This document shows positions 38,841-50,522 of a stretch of DNA of 64,000 bases, piece by piece (the stretch's first letter is position 1; every line of letters starts with the position of its first letter). Below the pieces are notes generated by a model, which saw nothing but the letters and a program-made list of their open reading frames with translations, searched no databases and was not told the DNA's origin. Position numbers and translations under genes: made by a program. Source of the stretch: Octopus vulgaris (lineage: Eukaryota); the NCBI GenBank assembly GCA_951406725.2, contig OX597816.1:67394001-67458000 (forward strand), given 5' to 3'.

Positions 38841-39058
38841 ATGTATATATGTTTGTGTGTCTGTGTTTGTCCTCCCAACATCGCTTGACAACTGATGGTG
38901 GTGTGTTTACGTCCCCGTAACTTAGTTTGGCAAAAGAAACCAATAAAATAAGTACTAGGCCTACAAAGAATTAGTCCTGGGGTTGATTTGCTCGACTAAA
39001 GGCGGTGCTCCAGCATGGCCACAGTCAAATGACTGAAACAAGTAAAAGAGTAAAAAGA
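38419..39058 (+). mobile_element. SINE family A with an antisense RTE tail (38589-38807) inserted in its microsatellite
   Basis: Head and tail of family A flank the reverse-complement RTE 3' end. Confidence 0.85.
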
Positions 39059-39976
39059 GATATCCACTGTAGTTGAATAAATGAATCACAACTTAATCGC
39101 CACCCTTTGTTATAATAATCCATCATAACAATGTACAGTTTCAAACCTATGTGTGTATAACACTTTGTCAGAGTTGTAAATTTAGTCACAGGTCAGCCCT
39201 GATCAAGCAGACCCATGTTCAAAGAGAGTCTAGCCATGACTATTCCATTTTTATTTTCATGTAATGTAAAGATAAAACTTCCCAGGAGGGTGACATATGA
39301 GAGATTCTCTCACTGGCACATGTTTGTCAAAGTAAAATCTGCTCGTGTAACAAAGCAGCTGTCTAATGCTGTGTGTGTGTGTGTGTAGGAGGCTGAGTTC
39401 CACGTGATGATTCATGACTTAATATAAAAAAAAAGTGCACTAGAAATAGCAGTCAAATATCCCTCATAACACAAGGACATTGGAACGTGTAGTTCTAAAC
39501 ATAGAAGATTGAATACCTTTGATCACAGTCCAGCTTAATCAGGACTTGAAATTCATCAAATAACAATAATACTAAAATGCAATTACAATTAAAAGAGGAC
39601 CACACCTTCTTTATTCATAAACAATACACATGTAGGACTCTCAAATTGACCCTTTATTCATCAGGTTTAATTAAAGCAAAATTTTTTTCAAGGTTTCTGA
39701 AGCTGGAGACAGTGGAACCTGTTAAAGGCAGCCAAAGGCCAATATACACTGCTTTACAACCACTGTTCCCTCCTAAAGTTTGTGTACATGCTCATGTTTT
39801 GGAATCATAGTCCAAAAGTTAATTACCTAAAATAATGTAGTAATTTATATACTAATTTATATACTAATTCTATACATACATCAATTTGTTACAAGACAAA
39901 GAAAAAAAAAATGCTGTGTAACTAACAATTAAAAATCAAAGGGAACATTATTTCTCCTAATCTCTGGATGATTATT

Positions 39977-40070
39977 CAAGGTGACCTCACATTTACATCA
40001 TTGCCAATGATATTCAAAAGGCAAGGTGACCTCACATTTACATCATTGCCAGTGTGTTCAAAAGGCAAGG
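39977..40070. repeat. ~45-bp tandem duplication
   Basis: caaggtgacctcacatttacatcattgcca...ttcaaaagg x2. Confidence 0.85.
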
Positions 40071-41842
40071 CCTCATCTTCAGTACCAGAACATACTTAGG
40101 CACTAAACAGCAGCTGACGCTACACTAAGTGCAAATGTAACCCATATAAAATTATTCCTACACATCTGGGATGGGACGGTGCTGCTAACACATGCACACT
40201 ACATTCCTAAACTACGTAATGCCTGCAAGATTTCACAGCTCTAGCATCACTCCTTTGTAGTCAACCTATAAACTTTCCAGCACACTCTCATACATTAAAA
40301 CAGACAATGTGAAGGGTTGACAAGCATTTCTCTCCACAAACACACATTCATGAGCATTTATACCAGCACACTGATTAGTGTACTATTACAATAGCAGCTG
40401 ATGCACACTTCCAGGCCATGGTGCCCTAAGTCATACAGACTTATGATCATAGGTGTTCCAGTTTTTCTTTTTTTGTTTCTTTTGATGCGATTTAGGGGAG
40501 GTTTGAGGAGCAATCACTGAAGATCCAAGATGATCTTGCCTACATTTTCTCTGCAGCTATGAAATGTAACCAGTCCAAGAAGTGGACAGTATGCAGAGAT
40601 TATAAAGGTTTCTCTCAGCCATAAACGTATTGTGAAAAGAATGGATACTGCCAGGCTGTCTTCTAGAAACACCACATAAAAAGACTGTGCTTACCACTAC
40701 AAACCAATGAAATATGGGACTGGCATCATGTTAGGCCTGATTTTGATTATCAATACTCCAAGCATGATAGAATTAATTCACATTGCTAAAACAATAAATC
40801 AAAGATTGCAACTATACTCTTCTCTTAAAGTCAGATTGACACCACTATTGAAAGTCCTGTTAAAGAGAGTATTTCCAATTGAATGGTCACATATTCAAAC
40901 TTTGCTGCTACAGGCATGGGCATATCCTCTTTGGACAGGAGGAAAAGCTGCTTGCTTTAGTTTTCCCAGCTGACACATACTTCTCTCTTATGCTATAAGC
41001 AAGCATTTAATGCTTAGAAGAGCATCCAATCTTACCACACCAGACATACTCTAACTATAAGCAAATGTACAGAACTCTTGTATGGGAAAACAAAAACAGA
41101 AATAAAAACAAACCCTGATTATTTAGCTTTAATCAACATTTTAAAATAAGTTGTTATCAATTATATTAGCTTAAATTACAAAAAAGTCTATAAAACATTT
41201 TAATAATGTGTGACCTACATTTTGGACGCGAAATAAATGTTACAAGCTTTCAAACATTAAGTTCATAAGGAGTTTCGGAGCAGTACTCGTGACTTGTTGG
41301 TCCTCTAAGATTGATAAGATTGATATGGTTGATCTCCATTTTCGCCCGGATGGATTAGTTTGGAATAAAAGTTCTTATGGACACAAAGTCCGAGATTGTG
41401 TATGTATGGCTGTTGCTGATAAGACATCTCCCTCACTGAAGACTCCAATCTATTGCCATTAAATAATGCAATATGGACATCTCGGGAGATTTTTGGACTA
41501 GCTATCATTTGTTGATGTCTGTGTGTTTGCATAGAATACAGCAGGATATTTCACATACTTACTGAGGTTAAAAGGGTGAAGGTGGTGGCATATTTGTCAC
41601 AGTGAAGAATTAATATTACTAAGAAGCTTAAATAATAGAAACATACAAATTGAAGTTGATTCAGTGAACTATGGTCTCTTTTTAGAACAGTTGCCTCATA
41701 TATTTAGGGGTAAATAAAGCAGTATTTGTCAACACGAGAAGAAAAGAATTAGTGATCAAGAGGAAAAATACCAAAGACAGATGAATTACAGAAGCGCTGA
41801 ACTTGTAACTTGTGATATATTTTATAGAACATAAAATATGTC

Positions 41843-42040
41843 TCTTTATTACCCACAAGGGGCTAAATACAGAGGGGACAAACGAATTAAGTCGACTCCA
41901 GTGCATAACTGGTACTTAATTTATCGACCCCGAAAGGATGAAAGGCAAAGTTGACCTCGGCAGAATTTGAACTCAGAACGTAATGGCAGACGAAATACGG
42001 CTACGCATTTCGCCCGGCGTGCTAACAGTTCTGCCAGCTC
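41843..42040 (-). mobile_element. SINE family B
   Basis: Reverse-complement family match. Confidence 0.85.
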
Positions 42041-43689
42041 ATATTAGGAACATCTTCCTAGCTTTCAACAAAGTCATATGCATGAAGGCTTTACCTATCT
42101 CTCTCTCTCTCTCTCATGATATCACACACAGAGTTTATTTTGTGGTAATGAAACAAAAGAGTTCAATAAACCTTCATGTTAAGAAATGTAGAATGAAATA
42201 TGTTTAAATAATAGTGTAAACATGATTACATTATCTGAATCAAAGTCTCAGTCAATCAACCTTTTGGTTGACTTATTCTCAAATTTGACGCATACAGTCA
42301 ATAAATAGGCTGCTGAATCTTGGTTTGGATACATAATCCTGCTTACCTTGCATATGGGTCTAGCTAGCTATCTGATAGAAACTTGCCTGTCGTCGTAACT
42401 TCACTTTTCATAACTGGAGAACAACTTTAGTCTGAAATATCACTATGTTGAAATAAAGAGGAATTGGAATGCCTTTCATTATGTCTGCTGCTTTAATCAA
42501 GGCTGATCTGCTGCTACTCAACATATGGTCCATGATCCTGCTTTTAGCTTCAAAAATATCAACAAGGATCATCGAATGTTTAAACTAATTAGCAATGGGT
42601 TTTTTTTTAATCATTTTTGTTCAAACCAGACAGTTGAGTATATAGTGCTTGAATGGAATTTTGAGATCCTAATGTTTTTCTCAGTCATATTGCATTACAT
42701 ATATGGGTAGTGATCATCATGACATGACCTCAGATCAGCATTCCAGTCATGACCATCTTATTTTTTATTTAGACAGGTTACAAAGTATTATATCAATTAA
42801 TGTATCCTTTCCCTCTAAAGAAAGTAGGATACGACTTGAAGGAGACTCAGCTGCTATTTCCAGCAAGCCAAGCAACTGAACAGAGACAAACCATTGGACA
42901 TAAAAACTTAATAATATTTACCTTCCCTCACTTCACACAAGTTTAAATTTGATTGTCTCTCATTGCTGACAGTGAAACAAATACTAGCCCAATTTGGTTG
43001 ATTTAATTGATATAGTAGGTTAGCTTTCAAAATCTATTACACCAATGTTAAATGAGCCTATTACACAAGATACACGACTTTACAATTTTCTCTCTGTGTG
43101 TAGGTTAGCATAAACTACTAAAAACTTCAGAACTGTGTCACCTACACACAACTGACATAACCAGCCTTTCTTCTTTCTGTCTCACTCTTAATTACTGAAA
43201 CCCTTTACTCAGTTTTTACTATCTACAACCTTATTCATTTGGAAAACTCTGTGCCCACATTTTCCCTTGCATCCTGCAGAATCCAAGCTGAGCATAATCT
43301 ATATCAACTTGTCCTTCCATTGATTAATGGTAGAATAGTTACACATTTAGAAAAGACTACAAGCATACATCACTGTCCTCGTTTTATCATCCACTTTTTC
43401 ATGGTTGCATGGAACAAGTGGAGTTTATTAAGTCAGATCAATGTGTATCAATACTTATTTGTTTTGATATCTTAAAGTTCTGGACCTCACATCTTGTGAC
43501 CATATATCTCATCAGGGGTAATACAAGCTATTTCAGCAAGTGTCACAATAATCTCTCTGCTCTAGATAAATAGGGTTCATTGCAAGCACTAAATGACAGG
43601 CAATTACTTGAAAATGAAAGATATAGCAACCAAACTGCCCCACAAATTACATTCCACAATCTTAACCCCTTTGCTTGTTCAAAACATTT

Positions 43690-44260
43690 TCATAAGTTTA
43701 CCCTAATTAGCAGGCAGCTAATTTTACCCTAATTAAGCAGGCAGCCCCAGTGTCACATGACAACTTGCTGGGGCTGCCTGCTGGAGCCTATGCGGCAGGT
43801 ATTTAAAGGGAAAATTCGACAAGTCAGTCAGTCACCGGCTGACACTCGCTGATGATACATCGAAGAGGCCAGGGAACAGAAGAAAGAAGACATGCACCCA
43901 ACACCAGAGCTGAAGACACATCCGAAAGGGGGGCCCCACCACGTCAAAACGGTAGAGGAGTAGGGGCTGAAACTGGACGTGGTTCCTCCTGATGATGTCT
44001 TGAGCTAACTGGATCCTATAAAGGAGCTGTTGTGGTAGCAGACCACGAAACACGGTTGTAATTCCTGCATGTTTTCAAACTTTTAGTTAGCCCTTGTTTC
44101 GTACATTCTGAGTTAAGTCCCTGGTTACTCTGGTAACTGAAAAGAATGTTAGAAATGTGTATTATATATGATGCATGAACATCACATGCGATACACAGGG
44201 CAAGCATATTAGTTAAGAGAAAGGAAAGGATATTATATAATGTAATCATAGACACCCCGA
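43690..44260 (+). mobile_element. Possible LTR fragment
   Basis: GC/CpG-richer island with TATA-like tatttaaagg, a short tandem duplication and a 15-bp hairpin; termini not identified. Confidence 0.3.
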
Positions 44261-44434
44261 CAAGACGGGATAGTTCCGGTTGGAGTACTTTTGATCATAG
44301 ATCAACCTAGTGCTAAACAAACTTTCCAGTTCACCAGTCAAGAGTTACAGAATTTAATTATTACAATGATAAGTGGGTGTATGATATCAGCTATATTTGT
44401 CCTACAAAACATTTATTATACTAACAGATATACA

Positions 44435-44599
44435 TCTCTATATATATAATCGACAAAATGTCTGTGTGCGTGTCCTTTATACAAATCCACAATTTTTCAG
44501 TTAGAGGACTCGCACTTTCTATGGTCATTCAAAACTGTCCAAGGGTGGTCGTGCACATCTTTACATTTCCCCAGTCACCCCGCAAAGCCATTAAAAAAT
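44435..44599 (+). mobile_element. Helitron 5' fragment
   Basis: a|TCtctatatatataa start; matches the 57273-57637 family. Confidence 0.7.
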
Positions 44600-45061
44600 A
44601 TATATACACATATAGTCTGCTGGAATGAATTGATAAGCCCACATATAACATCCAAAGGTACATTGTTTTTTGCTCTGATGAAATTATACTCATGTCACAT
44701 AAATGTAAATTTAATGTACAAATTTGTAATTAAATTGAGTATTAATTGAAATAGCTGAAAGAAGCGAAGATGAGCAGTGTGGTAAGTCGCTTGCTTACCA
44801 ACCACATGGTTCCGGGTTCAGTCCCACTGTGTGGGACTTTGGGCAAGTGTCTTCTTCTATAGCCTCAGGCCGACCAAAACCTTGTGAGTGGATTTGGTAG
44901 ATGGAAACTGAAAGAAGGCTGTCGTATATATATATATATATACAATAAAAGCAATTAAGATTCAAGTCAATTCTAATGAATTCACTTGAATGCGGTACTT
45001 AACTTAGATGCACCAGAAAACTATATGGTGTTAACCATACAGTAATGTGGGGTAATTATAA

Positions 45062-45302
45062 ACGAGAAAGAAGCAACAAGAATGGATTAGTTTTTAGTAC
45101 AATTGTTTCATACAAAGACAGGCTTTATTAAAAGTTGCAAATATTGCAGCAGATAAAAGTGTCCCGTACTCATCAGCTTGTGTTTTAGCTGATGAGTACG
45201 GGACACTTTTATCTGCTGCAATATTTGCAACTTTTAATAAAGCCTGTCTTTGTATGAAACAATTGTACTAAAAACTAATCCATTCTTGTTGCTTCTTTCT
45301 CG

Positions 45303-45303
<1 letters not shown>
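45062..45303. repeat. Perfect 117-bp inverted repeat with 8-nt loop
   Basis: 45062-45178 is the exact reverse complement of 45187-45303; loop tgtgtttt. Confidence 0.97.
45183..45273 (+). ncRNA. Type-I hammerhead ribozyme with intact core
   Basis: ttttag-CTGATGA-[long stem II gtacgggaca...tgtctttgtat]-GAAA-caattg-TA-ctaaaa. 6-bp stem I, palindromic stem III, GUA site at 45265-45267. Confidence 0.8.
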
Positions 45304-45334
<31 letters not shown>

Positions 45335-45657
45335 CAACCCATGCTAGCATGGAAAGCGGACGTTAAACGATGATGATGATGATGATGATATGTATATGTA
45401 TATATATGTTTGTGTGTGTTTGCCCCCCCCAACATCACTTGACAACCGATGCTGGTGTGTTTACGTCCCCGTAACTTAGCAGTTTGGCAAAAGAGACCGA
45501 TAGAATAAGTACTAGGCTTACAAAGAATAAGTCCTGGGGCCGATTTGCTCGGCTAAAGGCGGTGCTCCAGCATGGCCGCAGTCAAATGACTGAAACAAGT
45601 AAAAGAGAGTAAAGAGTAATAAACAATTAACTTCCTTATCTCCATTTTCTTTTAAAT

Positions 45658-45693
<36 letters not shown>

Positions 45694-45964
45694 ATTATTT
45701 GAGGGAATATTGTTCCTAACTTACAGGGAAAAATTCAATTTTCTAATATTCCTTCAAATTTCACAAAATATAATATATATAAAAATTAGAAAAAAAACAC
45801 CTTTTATCAATTCAAAAGGAACAATTAAATTACACCACCTAGAAAATTACATAAATAGAAATATTTAAAATAAAATAACAATAATATACCGATGATTAAG
45901 TAAATTGCAAAATAATAATAAAAACATATATTTGGTAGAATTGATAAAAGGGTTTTTTCTAATT

Positions 45965-45998
<34 letters not shown>

Positions 45999-47359
45999 AA
46001 GAGAGAGGCTTATAGAAGGTATGCGCCAGTCCAAATGTATGATTTACACTAATATCTAAATAGCTAGAGGGATAGTAATAGTGGCTTCATGACTAGCTAC
46101 ATATACAAGTATTTATTCACTAACAGGAAACAGAGCATTGTATTATCAGCACAGAGGTAAAAGGCAGACTATATTATTACTGTATTTAGTCTCAGCTTTC
46201 TGTGTTCTAAGTTCAAATCCAACGAAGGTTGATAAAACACATTCACGTCTTGGTTCAATTTTATAGATTGGAATTAGACAAGTTTCCTTGACGAAGAGAC
46301 AGCAGCTGGGAATTCTGAATAAATTGTCTTAGCACTGTCTTGCACATTTAACCCTTTCACTGTGAAATTATATTTTGTGGTCATTTTAGTAATGATGTTA
46401 AGTATCTACCCAAAAAATCTTATTGGTATTTTCTGCAAACTTGGACATGTCTCAACAGAAAATAGCTTCAAACACGACATTCCTCAATAAAGGGTAGATT
46501 GATATATAAAACTGCTTTCCTTTGATGAAATTTTGAGTGGATATATATGTTTCCCATAGTAAAAGGAATATTAGAAAATAAAGTTATAGTATTCTTGTGA
46601 GAAGCAGCAACCACAGAATATTATGAGCTTTGAAAGACTATGATAAAACATGTCACAAATCTGTGAGAAATAGGTTTCACATCCACCATCATGTCCAACA
46701 TAATCTGATAGAAGATGATTGGCTACATATGGAATATTTTTGATCACAAACTGATTTGAGGCTTCACAACAAAGCCACCACCATCAACTGGCCAATGGGG
46801 GAGCTGTATGTAGTCACTCAGCCTGCTGGAGAAAAGCAGCCCAATGGGCCTTCAAATCACACCCTACCATCTTGAAAAAGATGGGATACTTTAATATAGT
46901 CTGATATAAACTGTGTGAATAAAAGACAGGATGGTCATAGTTGGAATACTTGCGATTACAGAAGTGGTTAGACAGGGTTGGCCAGGTCCTAAACATGGTA
47001 ATTTCTAAACACTTTGAAGACAGTACATAACATTTACTGTAAATACAACTCAATAACTATTAATCCCTTACCTAATAATAACTTCTTACTAAAATAGTTT
47101 CAAATTTAGGCACAAGGCCAGCAATTTTAGGGGGAGGGGGGCAAGCTGATTACATTGATCTCAATACTCAACTGATACTTATTTTATTGACCTTTCACCA
47201 AAAGATGACAGGTAAAATTGACCTTGGTGAAATTCGAACTCAGGATGTAAAAAGCTGGAAGAAATGCTGCTATGTGTATCTGGCCAATGTGCTAACAATT
47301 TCAAACTATCTATTTCAAGCTAATCAGAATTTTGTAAGTGAAACTGTTGCACATATTTT

Positions 47360-47752
47360 TATTTCTTTATTACCCACAAGGGGCTAAACACAGAGAGGAC
47401 AAACAAGGACAGACAAATGGATTAAGTCGATTATATTGACCCCAGTGCGTAACTGGTACATATTTAATCGACCCTGAAAGGATGAAAAGCAAAGTCGACC
47501 TCGGCAGAATTTGAACTCACAACGTAGCGGCAGACGACATACCTATTTCTTTACTACCCACAAGGGGCTAAATACAGAGGGGACAAACAGATTAAGTCGA
47601 TTATATTGACCCCAGTGCGTAACTGGTACTTATTTAATCGACCCCGAAAGAATGAAAGGCAAAGTCGACCTCGGCAGGATTTGAACTCACGTAGCAGCAG
47701 ACGAAATACCGCTAAGCATTTCGCCCGGCGTGCTAACATTTCTGCCAACTCT
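47360..47752 (-). mobile_element. Two tandem SINE family B copies
   Basis: Units start near 47360 and 47544. Confidence 0.85.
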
Positions 47753-48165
47753 CTGGCGCATATTGCACATATTCTACTGTACACTGAACATTTGCAATTA
47801 ACTGTTGTATATGTTATGTGACATTACCAGGTCACCGTTATCGCTTCTATTCCCTTAATTACATTGTTAAGAGTTTATGAAAATTACTATGTTTGTTTTA
47901 CATCTGTTTTTCCATGCTAATATTGGTTAGATGAATATATTATTGAGGCATTACTTTATAGATAAATGCCTTTCATGGTGCTAGCTCTTACCAGTTTTTA
48001 AAGTAAGGAATCTCTTGTTCTTAGAAGTTACAAAGTCAGTGGATGATTTGTTTACAGGAGAAACGACACAATGTTACCACTTGTATCCAGTGATTTTGGA
48101 GAAGTGCAAATGTTAACAGACCAAACACACCCACACAGGTGTGTGTGTGTGTATGTATATATATA

Positions 48166-49749
48166 TATCATAGTCCTCCAGGCAATAACGGAGGAATTCA
48201 AGACAGGATGCCCCTGGGAGCTCCTCTATGCTGATGACCTTGCTCTAATTGCTGAGTCACTATCAGAACTGGAGGAGAAGTTTCAGGTGTGGAAGCAAGG
48301 ATTAGAATCGAAGGGTCTTAGAGTCAATCTAGCTAAAACCAAAGTCCTAATAAGTAGGAAGGTAGACAAATCACAAACGCCTTCAGGTAGATGGCCCTGC
48401 TCGATCTGTAGAAAAGGTGTAGGTAGAAACTCTATAAGATGCACCAAGTGTAAGCTATGGACACATAAGAGGTGCAGCAATGTCAAAGGAAGGCTAACTA
48501 GGAAGATGGTTTTTGTATGTGGCAGATGCTCGGGAGTATTAACCTCTGAAAATCTGCAGAAAACAACTTCCGTCACTTTCCAGGGGGAAAAACCAGAAGT
48601 AGTTGATAGCTTCCGTTAGTGGGGGTGGGTGTGCTGAAAGTGTAATGGCTAGAGTAAGAATAGCCTGGACAAAGTTTAGGGAGCTCTTACCTCTGCTGGT
48701 GACTAAAGGCCTCTCGCTCAGAGTAAAAGGCAGACTGTATGATGCATGTGTACGAACAGCCACGCTACATGGCAGCGAAACATGACTGCTGAGGACATGC
48801 GTAAGCTTACGAGAAATGAAGCCTGTATGCTCCGATGGATGTGTAATGTCAGTGTGCACGCTCGACAGAGCGTTAGTACCCTGAGAGAAATGTTGGACCT
48901 AAGGAGCATCAGTTGTGGTGTGCAAGAGAGACGATTGCGCTGGTATGGTCATGTGGCAAGAATGGATGAAGATAGGTGTGTGAAAAAGTGCCAATCCCTA
49001 GCAGTGGAGGGAACCCGTGGAAGAGGTAGACCCAGGAAAACTTGGGACGAAGTGGTGAAGCACAACCTTCGAACTTTAGGTCTCACTGAGGAAATGACCA
49101 GCGACCGAGACCTTTGGAAATATGCTGTGCGTGAAAAGACCAGGCAGGACAAGTGAGCCCAGCCCACTTATGCATGCCTTTCCTCCCTTGGACACACAAA
49201 GACCTGTTGAGGCAAGCGAAGTCAATATCGAACCTCATCCGACGACAGGCACCTATGCCAACCCCCCTTTGCTTGCGAAGACCTGTTGGGGCAAGTGAAA
49301 TCGAAATCGGAATCAAAATTGAACCAATCCTATGACTGGCACCCGGCAGATGCCAGGACCCCTGGACTGGAGATACGTAAAAAGCACTATCCGAATCGTG
49401 GCCGTTGCCAGCGCCGCCTCGACTGGCTTCCGTGTCGGTGGCATGTAAAAAGCACCATCCAAATCATGGCCGAAGCCAGTGCCACCTTGACTGGCTTCCG
49501 TGCAGGTGGCACGTAAAATGCACCAATCCGACCGTGGCCGATGCCAGCCTCGCCTGGCACCAGTGCAGGTGGCACGTAAAAAGCACCCACTACACTCACG
49601 GAGTGGTTTGCGTTAGGAAGGGCATCTAGCTGTAGAAACATTGCCAGATAAGACCGGAGCCTGGTGCAGCCTTCTGGCTTCCCAGATCCCCGGTCGAACC
49701 GTCCAACCCATGCTAGCATAGAGAATGGACGTTAAACGATGATGATGAT
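48166..49749 (+). mobile_element. 5'-truncated RTE-clade LINE: RT (YADD) pseudo-ORF with C4HC3 finger, thumb region, 3' UTR and (GAT)n tail
   Basis: PWELLYADDLALIAES..GLRVNLAKTK..; RRLRWYGHVARM..GRGRPRKTW; frameshifting deletions near 48616 and 48783. Confidence 0.93.
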
Positions 49750-49750
49750 A

Positions 49751-49865
49751 TATCATCGTTTAATGTCCGTTTTCCATACTAGCATGGGTTAGACGGTTTG
49801 ACTGGGGTCTGGGAAGCCAGGAGGCTGCACCAGGCTCCAGTCTCATTTGGCAGTGTTTCTACGGT
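49751..49865 (-). mobile_element. RTE 3' terminus, tail-to-tail with the preceding copy
   Basis: Reverse complement of ~49628-49750. Confidence 0.85.
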
Positions 49866-50187
49866 CATGACAGGAACATAGGTCAGTTTGTTCAAGGATT
49901 ACTTAAGGCTGAACAACAACTAACCAACCATGATAAAAATTACTGTTTTCTTTTGTGTTTATTACTAGGAAGGTCATCGTGTGAGGAATTCTAGTACACA
50001 AGTTGTTAACAGACATTTATAGACTAGGAATAAATGAAAAGCTAAAATGTAAATGATAGTATATGCACCAATTTAGACAAAATAAAGCAATATGTCCAAT
50101 GATCAGATGAGAACCTTCTAAACATCTATTGTATGCAAGTGCATCACCAACTTCACTTCAAAGCAGCACACACCATTTCATCTTAAA

Positions 50188-50522
50188 TTAATAATAATAA
50201 TAATAATGAAATTATTGTATACAGTGCTCAGGTGCACCACAACTTGTCAAAAGTACATATAAAGCATATGCAGTAATGTACAAATGTCTGGAAAGTGAAC
50301 AGTGTATGAGTCAGATACATGCTTGCGTGTGTATGAAGGGGAGAAAATCAGGTGTAGTGTTGGCGAATCTCAGGAAGCATGGAAGTTTTGAAGGATGCAG
50401 TGCTCCAACAACTAACAACTGATGCCGGCAGTTTGTTCCATGCTTCAGCAACTCCAAGTGTGAAAAAATGTTTCAAAAAGTCATGGGAGCTGTGCTGTTT
50501 TCTGACTTTTTAAACATGTCCA
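50188..50522 (-). mobile_element. CR1-group LINE 3' end with (ATT)n tail
   Basis: Minus translation GHV*KVRKQHSSHDFLKHFFTLGVAEAWNKLPASVVSCWSTASFKT, typical of the CR1/L2 ORF2 C-terminus. Confidence 0.8.

Larger units (their letters stand above)
44775..45617 (+). mobile_element. SINE family A hosting a hammerhead fold-back insert and an RTE tail fragment in its (TA)n
   Basis: Head 44775-44925, insert 44943-45303, RTE terminus 45331-45389, tail 45400-45617. Confidence 0.85.

Noticed and set aside
40120-40400. Possible old CR1/Jockey-like RT remnant
   Set aside because: Only a fragmentary frameshifted motif; not supportable by eye.
41340-41490. Faint mariner-like peptide (DSNLLPLNNAIW resembling SPDLNPLDYAIW)
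   Set aside because: Too degenerate, no TIR seen; needs a profile search.
43450-43520. Minus-strand CTGATGA-gatat...atatc-AAAA motif
   Set aside because: GAAA is mutated, stem III is not palindromic and stem I is poor; too degenerate to support.
43845-44060. Several CTGA(T/A)GA...GAAA pairs in the LTR-like island
   Set aside because: No consistent stem I/II pairing or cleavage triplet, so not called hammerheads.
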